Shown here: one piece after another, positions 20,173 to 29,181 of the stretch
Layout: each line of letters begins with the position of its first letter
Numbering within the stretch: position 1 is the stretch's first letter
Source of the DNA: an uncultured virus (IMG/VR IMGVR_UViG_3300021197_001448)
Lineage: Duplodnaviria > Heunggongvirae > Uroviricota > Caudoviricetes
Length of the DNA: 36,719 nucleotides
Reading direction: 5' to 3' (one strand)
Virus record (IMG/VR): IMGVR_UViG_3300021197_001448
The notes under the pieces: model-generated
Told to the model about the DNA's origin: nothing
What the model saw: only the letters and a program-made list of their open reading frames with translations
The model's database searches: none
Made by a program: the position numbers and the translations under genes

Positions 20173-20410
20173 ATTGTCGAACTGCTAATGCAAAAGTAAA
20201 GAGCAAACCAAATGTTCCCAAAAGAATTTGAGTCGATGATAAAGTTGAACCTCTCCAAATCAATACTACAAAGGAAGCAAGCATAAAAGAAATGATAAAG
20301 ATCATCGTTGCGCTTTCAACAATCATCTTGCTTGGACTCATCAGTTGGATCGTGGTGTCATAATGACTCTGAGTGTATTGTTGGTTGTGATCTGGTTTTT
20401 GTTGATTCAT
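20156..20410 (-). CDS. Small membrane protein, 2 TM helices
   Basis: Hydrophobic stretches ATMIFIISFMLASFVVLIW and ILLGTFGLLFTFALAV. Confidence 0.75.
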   Translation of the reverse strand: MNQQKPDHNQQYTQSHYDTTIQLMSPSKMIVESATMIFIISFMLASFVVLIWRGSTLSSTQILLGTFGLLFTFALAVRQFASFR

Positions 20411-21030
20411 AGAACTGCTGCCCCCATTGTTGCTGTTTTAGCAACCGATTGGCCGAAGCCTCCCTGTTGCTGGACTTGATTACCAAGCATACCTCCGAGC
20501 AAACTGCCGAAGAATCCAGGTTGTTGTTGCGGATTCATATTCATCCCCATTGAATGTGCTTGCATAAACATCTGCCTCTGTTGCTCATTCATTGCGATGG
20601 TTTGTTGCGCTGCTGCTTGCAGCCGAGTCATAGTCAAACCAAGATTTTCTGGTGAAAGTGTATTGATCGCAGGTGGTAAAGAAGCCGCATCAATAGTTAT
20701 TTTACCTGCGTCATCTTGATTAAAAGAAACTTGAGTAAAGAACTCTTTTATTGACAATCTAACTACTTCCCCGATCAAGTCCATAACCAGTCCAATATTT
20801 TGTGTCGTTATGAATTGTGCTACTGGATCGTTTAGTTGAAGCAAACGTGCAGTTGCAGTAATAGGATCATTAGCCATTTGTTGCATCATTGGATTTTGAG
20901 CCATTTGCATACCCATCATTGAAGGATCCATACCCATTCCTTGCATCCCCATTCCTTGCATCCCCATATTTCCAGTTGGCGATCCAAATTGTGTGCTTGC
21001 TTGTGTATCGTTCTTGCTAAACCATCCCAT
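20407..21030 (-). CDS. M/Q/G-rich protein with possible amphipathic segments
   Basis: MGWFS N-terminus, GMQGMG repeats, GFFGSLLGGMLG near the C-terminus. Confidence 0.7.
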   Translation of the reverse strand: MGWFSKNDTQASTQFGSPTGNMGMQGMGMQGMGMDPSMMGMQMAQNPMMQQMANDPITATARLLQLNDPVAQFITTQNIGLVMDLIGEVVRLSIKEFFTQVSFNQDDAGKITIDAASLPPAINTLSPENLGLTMTRLQAAAQQTIAMNEQQRQMFMQAHSMGMNMNPQQQPGFFGSLLGGMLGNQVQQQGGFGQSVAKTATMGAAVL

Positions 21031-21036
21031 ATTTAT

Positions 21037-22077
21037 TCACCCTTGTGTTTGCGATGCCGTTTGTTGCGTTACAGGTGGCATTTGTTGTTGCATCATTGCC
21101 GTACTCATAGCATTTTGCATAGGAACTCCAGTTCCCATTGCATTTCTTTGAGCCAATACGGACTCGGCTTGTAAAGCACGAAGATCAAATGTAACCTGAA
21201 CAATATCGACTATTCCTGTTGTTGGATTGGGAAGAGTTGTCAAACTAACTCCTTTACTATGCTGTGCATCTTTGTGGATCAGGGCAAAAAATTCTTCATA
21301 CTTCAATAATGATTCAGGAGTGCTTCTATTCTTTGATGAGCCAGATCCCATTAGAGATGACACTCCTGGTATCTTTGTGAATTTAGTACCCTTCGATGCA
21401 ATCCGTGAAAATCCTTCTTCCGCCATTTCATGTTCTTGGATCAATGATTTTAAAGTGTGAAAAATATGCAAGTGGGCGGGGCAAAGTGAACTATTCATCT
21501 CATCGCCATGATCGCCATGTGTTCTTGCCAATGGTTTTTTTGCATTACCTGTTTCTTCATCAAACCAGTAGATGTCGGCAAGTGAAAGAGATGTTCTCTC
21601 ATCAACAATGTGAGCATAGGCATTGTCTCCCTCAAGAAATCTCCGAATATCAACGCCACAGCAAGCGCATTCATGTGCAGCATTGTAGCGATAGATCTTA
21701 AACAAACCTAAGTTGTAATTTGGAGGTCTGAGTGCTTTTCGCAACATCTTGATATTCTTTCGACGTGCTTTGTTTGGGTTCTTTGGATTTGATTTCAACT
21801 GTATCTCAACAGTTGGGATCAATTGCTCATCCCCTATATCCCCTGTTGAACCTGCGCTTGCCATTTCAGCACGTTGTTGAGATTTCAACAGATCGAAAGA
21901 AATCCCTGTCTGTGACGACACTATTTTCAATTGCTCGTCGTCAAGGCCGTTTAATTTTAAGCCTCTTTGATAGGGCAAATAAGACATTGGATTCAACGCC
22001 TGAGCATTCCACGCCATTAACCCTGCCACAACTGACAACATCATAAGGCTTTTCTCACAAAGACTCCAATAATTCAA
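21037..22077 (-). CDS. Hypothetical protein with probable Zn-binding motifs and an M/Q-rich tail (start likely near 22017)
   Basis: ECACCG...LCPAH motifs. Confidence 0.7.
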   Translation of the reverse strand: MNYWSLCEKSLMMLSVVAGLMAWNAQALNPMSYLPYQRGLKLNGLDDEQLKIVSSQTGISFDLLKSQQRAEMASAGSTGDIGDEQLIPTVEIQLKSNPKNPNKARRKNIKMLRKALRPPNYNLGLFKIYRYNAAHECACCGVDIRRFLEGDNAYAHIVDERTSLSLADIYWFDEETGNAKKPLARTHGDHGDEMNSSLCPAHLHIFHTLKSLIQEHEMAEEGFSRIASKGTKFTKIPGVSSLMGSGSSKNRSTPESLLKYEEFFALIHKDAQHSKGVSLTTLPNPTTGIVDIVQVTFDLRALQAESVLAQRNAMGTGVPMQNAMSTAMMQQQMPPVTQQTASQTQG

Positions 22078-22786
22078 TTAAACTCTTTTCAACATTTATT
22101 CCGTGTTGCGATGACATTGCCATAATCTCAGCACGATAACCTGCTTTCCTCAGACGCTTCAATGATTCACGGAAAGGCGCAACTATCGGATGTTCTTTTC
22201 GCAATCCCATCTGCCACAAATATTGCGCCCGATCATCCCACCAAATATCCATTTTGTTAATCATCAGACAGATTAACTTTGGTTGATACTTTTTTGATTT
22301 TCTTCTTGCTTTTCGAGTTATATTCTTAGTGATGCTCTTTTTTGTAATGTTATCAACTAAGTATGAAAGACTGGCAGAAGCATCCATAGCAAACTGTGGA
22401 GAGGTCATTGCTCTGTGATCAACCATGAATATTACCAATTCAACATTTCTACGAAACATATCATCGACCCATAGATTGCGAAACATAGGATCCCCCGCTA
22501 AATCAGTTGTCCTAATTGGTTTTTTATCTTTAACTAAACGAATTTGTTTTCTTGTTTCGTTTGGCTCTCTGAATCCAGTATGAGTGTTTGCTTTAGGATG
22601 CGCTGTTCGCATAGCAAGAGGGATTGGATCAATATCACCTGGAACGGTGAGGTATTGATCGAGGGTTGTCTTTCCGACCATCGAAGGACCATATACACCA
22701 ATTCTGTATGGTCTAAGAATTCTATAAAATGCGTAAAATGCTGATGCTGATGCCATAAGCATATGCCCTGCGATTAGGGCAGACAT
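22055..22786 (-). CDS. Arf/Ras-superfamily small GTPase with an N-terminal hydrophobic anchor
   Basis: G1 GPSMVGKTT, G3 DLAG followed by FRNLW, LVIFMVD, G4 NKMD, G5 SSQHGINV. Start reassigned to MSALIAG at 22786. Confidence 0.85.
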   Translation of the reverse strand: MSALIAGHMLMASASAFYAFYRILRPYRIGVYGPSMVGKTTLDQYLTVPGDIDPIPLAMRTAHPKANTHTGFREPNETRKQIRLVKDKKPIRTTDLAGDPMFRNLWVDDMFRRNVELVIFMVDHRAMTSPQFAMDASASLSYLVDNITKKSITKNITRKARRKSKKYQPKLICLMINKMDIWWDDRAQYLWQMGLRKEHPIVAPFRESLKRLRKAGYRAEIMAMSSQHGINVEKSLIELLESL

Positions 22787-22799
22787 TATTCCGCCCTCT

Positions 22800-23024
22800 T
22801 TAAGAAAATAAACTTTTGATCCAAGACCAAACATCCGAAGGATTTATTTCGAGTGATTCCAAGCCGATTAAGATCATGAATGTCAATGTAACCCCTCCGA
22901 TTAAAGCGATAAAAGTCCTTACCCATCCCGCAGCCCGTTCCATTTTTCGCTCATATGCGTTTTCAGCCAAAATCTGAGACATGGCTTCTGTTTGTCGTTC
23001 TTGTTGTGTAGTGAAAGGCCACAT
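22800..23024 (-). CDS. Small membrane protein, 1 TM helix plus an amphipathic C-terminus
   Basis: FIALIGGVTLTFMILIGL and VWSWIKSLF segments. Confidence 0.75.
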   Translation of the reverse strand: MWPFTTQQERQTEAMSQILAENAYERKMERAAGWVRTFIALIGGVTLTFMILIGLESLEINPSDVWSWIKSLFS

Positions 23025-23044
23025 GATGCCACCCTTTTATTCTA

Positions 23045-23515
23045 TCAGTTGTCATCTTCCTTATGACTACTTGTGGTGATTTGAGTAGGAACTCCAAATT
23101 GTGAAGGAACGTGATTGTTTCCGTAGCCATTTCCTTGTTGCTGTTGATCGTGCCAATAACGATTTTTACTTGCTCTGCGTTGAGCCAAACGTGCTTGTTG
23201 GCGTTGCCACTTATCTACTTGGTTCTCTCTCGAAAATTCGGCTCTCAATGCTAACGAGTCACGAACCCCTCCTACATGAAACAAAACCATCGAAACGCAT
23301 AGGAATCCAAAACAGATCAAACCGTATTGAAGCCCCATTTCAGCAGCACCAGCACCAGGAAGATACCACCCCATGTGCGAAACTGCAACAGCGATCCCTG
23401 TCAAAAGCGATTGCCATAGCAACATGGCAATAAGATTGATGTCAATTCGATTTGAGTCCTCTGCGACGTATGGCGGAGGATATAGGCTACGGTTTTCAGG
23501 GTCTGGTTTATTCAT
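23045..23515 (-). CDS. Membrane protein, 2 TM helices with a soluble C-terminal tail
   Basis: LIAMLLWQSLLTGIAVAV and YGLICFGFLCVSMVLF segments. Confidence 0.75.
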   Translation of the reverse strand: MNKPDPENRSLYPPPYVAEDSNRIDINLIAMLLWQSLLTGIAVAVSHMGWYLPGAGAAEMGLQYGLICFGFLCVSMVLFHVGGVRDSLALRAEFSRENQVDKWQRQQARLAQRRASKNRYWHDQQQQGNGYGNNHVPSQFGVPTQITTSSHKEDDN

Positions 23516-23654
23516 CTTGCTTCACCTTATCTTTGTTTTGGAAGTAAAACGCAAGCGCATGATTAACAAAAGACGATTTAGACTCTCGCCCTCTTTCTGC
23601 TTCCATCTTAGCAAAAAGTTGCTCTCTCATAACAACAGAAACGTGCTTGCCCAT
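23508..23654 (-). CDS. Ribbon-helix-helix (CopG/Arc-like) transcription regulator, 48 aa
   Basis: MGKHVSVVMREQLFAKMEAERGRESKSSFVNHALAFYF matches the RHH pattern; GGGAGGT RBS before ATG 23654. Confidence 0.75.
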   Translation of the reverse strand: MGKHVSVVMREQLFAKMEAERGRESKSSFVNHALAFYFQNKDKVKQDE

Positions 23655-23734
23655 TGATACCTCCCATGTTTGACAGGTATATGAACTATGACGGTATAAA
23701 CAACATGAAATAAGAGTTATACGGTGGCAATGAT
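23655..23734. promoter_or_regulatory. Divergent promoter region
   Basis: 80-bp gap between divergent ORFs, with TATA-like elements (TTCATATA on - at 23678-23685; TATAAA at 23695-23700). Confidence 0.5.
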
Positions 23735-24247
23735 ATGAGCGAAGTAAATATGATTGAAGCCGTACACGCACTTCGATCTTACAACGTAGCATTATCTGGA
23801 ATGACTAATGATCCGCAAAGTGTTACTTCATGGATTACACGCTATGCTGAAAACGATGGCAAAGCACCTAATTTTTGTAAGGATGCAGCCATTGGTTTAT
23901 TGTGCCATTTAGGAAACCCGATCTATAATTATGGAAACCTCAACAACGAACAGCAACAATGGTCTGGAATATACAGTAGTGCTGAACAGGCTTTAATTGA
24001 AGAAGCAAATTGGCAAAACAGCCAGTTATCTCAATCGACTCAAACTTCTTTTGCTCGCTTATTCAGTTCAGATATTCAATGGATTCAACTTTACAGCCAA
24101 TCTCTTCAATATCCTTCTGATGTTTCGTTTGAGTATTTTGTGAATAAAATAATCACCGATTTCCGAGCCTGTCAAGGTTCAAATGGCGCAGGTGGAATCT
24201 CTCATTCTCCAATGACTCCGCCAATCATGCAACAACAAATACCTTAG
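23735..24247 (+). CDS. Hypothetical protein; the only credible + strand gene
   Basis: 170-aa ORF filling a gap with no - strand gene; convergent stop overlap at 24244-24247. Confidence 0.7.
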   Translation: MSEVNMIEAVHALRSYNVALSGMTNDPQSVTSWITRYAENDGKAPNFCKDAAIGLLCHLGNPIYNYGNLNNEQQQWSGIYSSAEQALIEEANWQNSQLSQSTQTSFARLFSSDIQWIQLYSQSLQYPSDVSFEYFVNKIITDFRACQGSNGAGGISHSPMTPPIMQQQIP

Positions 24248-26538
24248 AACAAAGTACGTTGCGCTGGTGGAGGATTCTTACGCCTTTCCCATGCTGATTG
24301 AAATGCGTCTTGATCTATGTTTGCCATAGCCATCATTTCACCTACTTTGACTCGGCCTCCAGAAACAGGAGTTGCTCTTTCTAAACGTTGAAGTGGCTCA
24401 ATATGGAAACCTGCTTCTTCCAACGGTTTGACAATTGAAGGATGCATTGAATTGAAAACTGTTGTTGGGATCCCTCTATTTTTTGCATCGATCAATTGCT
24501 CGATCAAGAGTTTCTGTTCTGGTTCAAGGAAATGGTTGTGTGCGCCTTGTTCTCCAAAATAAGGGCTATCAACCAAAAATTGACTCGTTTCGGGATTCAT
24601 TTTATCTTTTACATCATCGTAAAAATCAAATGCGCTTCCAGTACGATATTCCCAATCTTTCATTGCTTCATGCCATCTTGTTAAATCGTGAATTCCGCCT
24701 TGACCTTTCATTCTTTGAGGTCTTGCCAAATTACCACCTGGCTTCATTAAACGATAACTCCCTGCACTTGGAGATCGGCCAGTATATTTGTATTCTCCCT
24801 TATCATTGTAACCTGCGAGTCCCGCATCTATGAATTGATTGAAGAAGGCATCTTCTATCGGTTGATTAACTGGGGTTTTTGCCCCCCTTGCCCCTGGTGA
24901 TACGGAATACGGAATATCCAAAGAAGGCAACGCATTCGACGGTGCATATCGAACTAAACCGTTCATTCCCATTTGTTGAAGAATATAAAATTTAGAATTC
25001 ATATCATCAATGTCTTGATCAGTTGCCATTCCTAATCTTTCCTTTTCTCTCAACTTGTTAAAGTCATGACGTAATTTGTAAAAGTGCGCTGGAAGAAACG
25101 TTTCGTTGCCTTCGCCAAATAAAGTTGCCAATTCGGGAGTGATTTCTCCCAAATTCATCATTCCCAATTCATCATGTGGGAAAAGAATGGGATCGCCTTC
25201 TTTTAGGTTCTGTGCAGTAACGTCTATTTTCATCGGTTTTTCGATTATACCTCTATTCAAACGTCCTAAATCGGGATTGATGTCATTCAATATGGCTCTT
25301 TTTGCTTGATATTGATGGGATAGCCCCCCCATCCCTGCAAAATTCTCATAGGTATCTCTCTCGCCAAGAACATCACGTATAGCCCTCATGATGTGACGAT
25401 ACATAGGTGCATTTTTTACACCTTGAATTGGCAAAACGGTTTTCAACGGTTCGCCTTCCTTATATCCTCTGAGCGCAGGAGTCGGCATCTTTTCAAGACT
25501 CATTTCATCTCGTATTTGTATGCTCTCTAACGCTCTGCGAATAACATCGCCTGATAAAGCAGAATCCCAAACTTCTCTTCCTGCGCCCGTCAAATCACGT
25601 GGATCAAAATACAATCCATGCGTTCCAGTTGAAATACCTCTCGAAACCGCAGGTTGATCATAATCGCCAGTTAAACTCAATGGAACAGGAACGCCTTCAT
25701 AGCGATAGCCCGTTTCTGGATGTTCCCATTCAACATATCGGCCTCCTTTGCTTTGACGTGCAAGTTCAGGTGCTTGCTGACCTGCGAAGTGTAGCGGTAT
25801 TCTGAGCAATGGATCTACTGAACCAGATACTCTGTGACCACGTGCGGAACGGAATGGCAAAGCAAAATCATCACGGTATTTTCGATTTTCCATTTTCCAT
25901 TTTTTATTGTGTGGCAATGACTTATCTTCCAAATCATAAACCTCATATGCAAAACGAGGGGCTTCGTACAGATCATCACCATACTTCCATGATAACATAC
26001 TGTCGCCAAAGTCGTTTCGATCTAAAACCAAATCATCAGTCATACCAAGAATTTGTTGAGGTGTTTGTTCCCCTCCCATCATTGCATTTAATTCCGCCGC
26101 ACTCAAATCTCCTGCCGTCCACATATGAGCAGTTCGATTTGCTTTTCGATCCCGATCAGGATTGCCAAGAAATGCTGAACGTTGCGCCTTTTCATCTAAT
26201 CTAAAGAAAGGATTATTGATCGGCAATACGTTGGAAATCGCTATTGGTTTTTGACCTCTCATAACGCTTAATGCGCCAGTATTTGGTCTAATTTCCCCAG
26301 TAGATTTTATACGACCTGGATTTAAATGCAAACTCGTAGAGTCGATGTTACGGAATGCCTCTATGTTGTGTGGTCTGCCCACTCGAAAATTGGTCATTCG
26401 GTCTAAATTGAGATTACCTGCTCTATCTTCAAGAGGATATGCCGTAACGCCATCAAGAGAAACGGTTCCCATTTTAGGCCGATCACGCTTATTGCGCTTG
26501 AACTGGTCATACCAAGCCTTCTCAAATATGTCTGTCAT
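24244..26538 (-). CDS. Leader-bearing two-domain protein: unknown N-terminal domain plus a Dam-like (D12-class) DNA adenine methyltransferase
   Basis: LPIQGVK (motif X), YENFAGMGGL (I), AILNDINPDL (II), FLVDSPYF (IV, a DPPY variant). N-terminus MTDIFEKAWYDQFK. Confidence 0.7.
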   Translation of the reverse strand: MTDIFEKAWYDQFKRNKRDRPKMGTVSLDGVTAYPLEDRAGNLNLDRMTNFRVGRPHNIEAFRNIDSTSLHLNPGRIKSTGEIRPNTGALSVMRGQKPIAISNVLPINNPFFRLDEKAQRSAFLGNPDRDRKANRTAHMWTAGDLSAAELNAMMGGEQTPQQILGMTDDLVLDRNDFGDSMLSWKYGDDLYEAPRFAYEVYDLEDKSLPHNKKWKMENRKYRDDFALPFRSARGHRVSGSVDPLLRIPLHFAGQQAPELARQSKGGRYVEWEHPETGYRYEGVPVPLSLTGDYDQPAVSRGISTGTHGLYFDPRDLTGAGREVWDSALSGDVIRRALESIQIRDEMSLEKMPTPALRGYKEGEPLKTVLPIQGVKNAPMYRHIMRAIRDVLGERDTYENFAGMGGLSHQYQAKRAILNDINPDLGRLNRGIIEKPMKIDVTAQNLKEGDPILFPHDELGMMNLGEITPELATLFGEGNETFLPAHFYKLRHDFNKLREKERLGMATDQDIDDMNSKFYILQQMGMNGLVRYAPSNALPSLDIPYSVSPGARGAKTPVNQPIEDAFFNQFIDAGLAGYNDKGEYKYTGRSPSAGSYRLMKPGGNLARPQRMKGQGGIHDLTRWHEAMKDWEYRTGSAFDFYDDVKDKMNPETSQFLVDSPYFGEQGAHNHFLEPEQKLLIEQLIDAKNRGIPTTVFNSMHPSIVKPLEEAGFHIEPLQRLERATPVSGGRVKVGEMMAMANIDQDAFQSAWERRKNPPPAQRTLF

Positions 26539-27662
26539 TATGCGCCCTCACCCCGATTAAGCCTTATTTTTCCAACTTGTGGTTTGTTAATATACCCCAC
26601 ATTAGGAACTTTACTATCCATGCAAGCCAAGCAATTTGCGCTCTCTTGTGGACCGTATGTTGCGTTTGGAACGCAAGCCTTTGCTGGTGAGTTAGGGTCA
26701 TCTTTCGGACAAAAATGTATATCTCCGACTATTGCTGAATCAGGCAGCATTTCTGAATCAACAAGCCATTTATCCCATACTTCCGACCTCAATGTTTGAG
26801 GATGATCTAAAACCCTTCTTTGAGATTGATTCAAAACACCGTGTTCTCCGACAACATTCCGATTCCATTCGTCATCAATAGTTTGATTTCTAAACGGCAT
26901 CGACATTCTTAATCTAACATTTGGAGGCAACGCATCATGAGCATAACCTCTTGCTGACAAGACTTTATTCACCATTCCAAACTCTCTTGTTGGAATCCAA
27001 TGGATCACATCGGGATTCAAAGTCGCCATATCAAGAAGCATAGCCAAATGTTCAGGTGAATGCAAATCTCCCGAATCAAACATACGGAATACGGGATAGC
27101 CACCATGCGATTCTGTGGGGATTTGTGAAGCCAATTGAGAATGATAACCGATTGGGTCTTGCAGCATATCATTGTAAGACTTTAGTTGATTTCGAGTTGC
27201 ATTGTTGCTATTGTAAGTGAATCCCTCAGCATAGCAACCATAGCAAGTTGAATCTCTCTTGTCTTTCAAGTGTTTTCCAGTCGCACATAGTTCTGTTGGA
27301 TATGATGTTGAGCGTGAAGGCATTGTTGAAGTATCAGCCAAATAAACAGGCAATCGTCTATCCGAATCTGCCATTGGATTGCTAAAATCAATTTTAGGAA
27401 GGCTTCTTGCTGCGTGATGTTGCGCCAATAAGTTCTCATTCAAAGGATAATTCATTTTGACTTTGCGAAGATCGGTCATTTTTCTTTCGCCTTCTGGCGA
27501 GTTGATGTAATTTTGGACTTCAAGCCCTCCTTTTGGGAACTTTTCATTTGCGTAAAGCAATTCATTCCACGTGAAATCCATTGGGTCAATTTGCATTCTC
27601 CCTCCTGGACCTTCAATCAAGGGCATTTTTAACAATGACCAAGCGGTTTCAAAACAATTCAT
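26538..27662 (-). CDS. Leader-bearing GP88-like (radical-SAM-related, Cys-rich) protein
   Basis: C.TG..L......CYGCYA.G, FRMFDSGDL, HWIPTRE, PPNVRLRMS and C-terminal CP...C..C motifs. N-terminus MNCFETAWSLLKMP. Confidence 0.7.
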   Translation of the reverse strand: MNCFETAWSLLKMPLIEGPGGRMQIDPMDFTWNELLYANEKFPKGGLEVQNYINSPEGERKMTDLRKVKMNYPLNENLLAQHHAARSLPKIDFSNPMADSDRRLPVYLADTSTMPSRSTSYPTELCATGKHLKDKRDSTCYGCYAEGFTYNSNNATRNQLKSYNDMLQDPIGYHSQLASQIPTESHGGYPVFRMFDSGDLHSPEHLAMLLDMATLNPDVIHWIPTREFGMVNKVLSARGYAHDALPPNVRLRMSMPFRNQTIDDEWNRNVVGEHGVLNQSQRRVLDHPQTLRSEVWDKWLVDSEMLPDSAIVGDIHFCPKDDPNSPAKACVPNATYGPQESANCLACMDSKVPNVGYINKPQVGKIRLNRGEGA

Positions 27663-27671
27663 GCGATCACC

Positions 27672-28997
27672 TCAATTATAATCCATCAACCTGCGTTGGA
27701 GGTTGTTACCTACTACTGATCTGCCTATTGCTCTTGCTACTGGAGGGGCAACTGCATTACCAATTATTTGATCAACAGCAGCGATTGATTTTGTGTTACC
27801 TGATCGGGGATTAAATTTACGCCAATACTGTCCTTCTGCTGGTGATAGATCGTAAGTAGGCCGCCCACCTTGAAGCATCATGATTTCTTGGGGGGTCAAA
27901 TACCGATTATACATATGTGATGGTTTGTTATGTGTAATTCCAGTTACGGATGAAGTGAGTGGTTTTCTGTGTAAGAAAGCCGTTCCAGGACCTCCTTCTT
28001 GACTTGGATGCTTTGAATTTATGTTAAGCCAAGAAGCACCCCCTCTACCTGGATTCTTACCACCTGATTGTGAAATAAAACCTTGACTCATAAGGTAATC
28101 AAGAACTTCTTGACTAATTCGACCTTTATCTCTATATTCAGTCAATTTTGCTAATTTGTTTGGCCTGTTTTCTTCTTCTTCTCGTTGAAGATGTGGCAAA
28201 AAATCAAGCACAGTAGGGTTAGGTAGCCTACCTGGTTTTGATTTGTAAGTTGAATTGTAATGGGTAGGTTCTGCATTCCATCCTTCACCGATAAATGTTC
28301 GGCCTCTTGTAGTGGGTGCGCCAAAGTTAATTGCATCTAATTTTGGATTACTCGTCAATAGCCCCATTACTTTTTTCTTAAAGGGAGGGGTGACATATTT
28401 ATCGAGAAAATGCGGATTTTCTTTTAGATATTTAGCAACATCTGGTGCTTCTTCAAGTGACCATGATGCCAAGTCTATATCGGGGTGTTTTATCATCTGT
28501 TCTACTGTGTAGAGAGCATCTCCAATCAAAGGCATAGCAGCGACTCTATCTTCTTCTATTTCTTCGGGTGTTTTAGCCGCAACACTCGATCCTTGTCGTT
28601 GCGCTCTTGTAAATGCTTGACACGGAGGCGATGCGTGAAAGTGAATCTTTTTTCCTTGAGAGATGTCGGCGTAATGCTCAACCATGTCATCTGGATGTCT
28701 TTGGCCTTGATCTCTGCCAAGATAACCGCTTAGGACTTCACCTTCTTTTTGATTTAATAATCTGACATCGTTTGCAGGTTTCCATGCATCAATAGTTGAT
28801 AAGATCGGGATTCCTGCTGATCGAAAACCTTCATCAGCAAACCCTCCACCTGAATACTGCGTAATTGCGCCAAAATCATCTCGCAGTGGCATTTGCGGGA
28901 ATCTGCGTAGATATTCTTCATCCATCACTTTTAGATCTTCGGGGGTCATCTTCTCAATCATAGTCGAGTAGGCTTCCTGAAATAAAGCCTCGCCCAT
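27672..28997 (-). CDS. Leader-bearing DNA (cytosine-5) methyltransferase
   Basis: YSGGG (I variant), ASPPCQAF (IV), LEEA (VI variant), TTRGRTF (VIII), RYLTPQEIMMLQG (IX), IIGNAVAPPVARAIG (X). N-terminus MGEALFQEAYSTMIEKM. Confidence 0.85.
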   Translation of the reverse strand: MGEALFQEAYSTMIEKMTPEDLKVMDEEYLRRFPQMPLRDDFGAITQYSGGGFADEGFRSAGIPILSTIDAWKPANDVRLLNQKEGEVLSGYLGRDQGQRHPDDMVEHYADISQGKKIHFHASPPCQAFTRAQRQGSSVAAKTPEEIEEDRVAAMPLIGDALYTVEQMIKHPDIDLASWSLEEAPDVAKYLKENPHFLDKYVTPPFKKKVMGLLTSNPKLDAINFGAPTTRGRTFIGEGWNAEPTHYNSTYKSKPGRLPNPTVLDFLPHLQREEEENRPNKLAKLTEYRDKGRISQEVLDYLMSQGFISQSGGKNPGRGGASWLNINSKHPSQEGGPGTAFLHRKPLTSSVTGITHNKPSHMYNRYLTPQEIMMLQGGRPTYDLSPAEGQYWRKFNPRSGNTKSIAAVDQIIGNAVAPPVARAIGRSVVGNNLQRRLMDYN

Positions 28998-29085
28998 GCA
29001 TGACGGATTGCACTATCAGTCAAGAACTTATCTTAATCAGTAAGTGTATAGAGAGACTTTAATTATAAAAATACATTTCCAAAAC

Positions 29086-29178
29086 TGGCGAGCAAGTAGC
29101 GGCTCCTGTTTATCACGTAGTAACTCTCAATCAACGCACGTTTGGATTTTGGGCGATCTGAACAATGCTTGCTCGCCA
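29086..29178. ncRNA. Candidate ~93-nt RNA closed by an 11-13 bp terminal stem
   Basis: TGGCGAGCAAG (29086-29096) and CTTGCTCGCCA (29168-29178) form a perfect inverted repeat in an intergenic gap; TATA-like TTTAATTATAAA at 29058-29069. Confidence 0.4.
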
Positions 29179-29181
29179 CCC

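Noticed and set aside
23655..23792. N-terminal extension of track ORF 23508..23792 (likewise the extensions to 14347, 22834 and 30153)
   Set aside because: Downstream starts have clear RBSs and give coherent domains or leaders; the extensions overlap promoters or neighbouring genes.
29086..29178. Canonical tRNA gene
   Set aside because: No TTCRA T-loop, D-arm or cloverleaf could be identified; kept only as a generic structured element.
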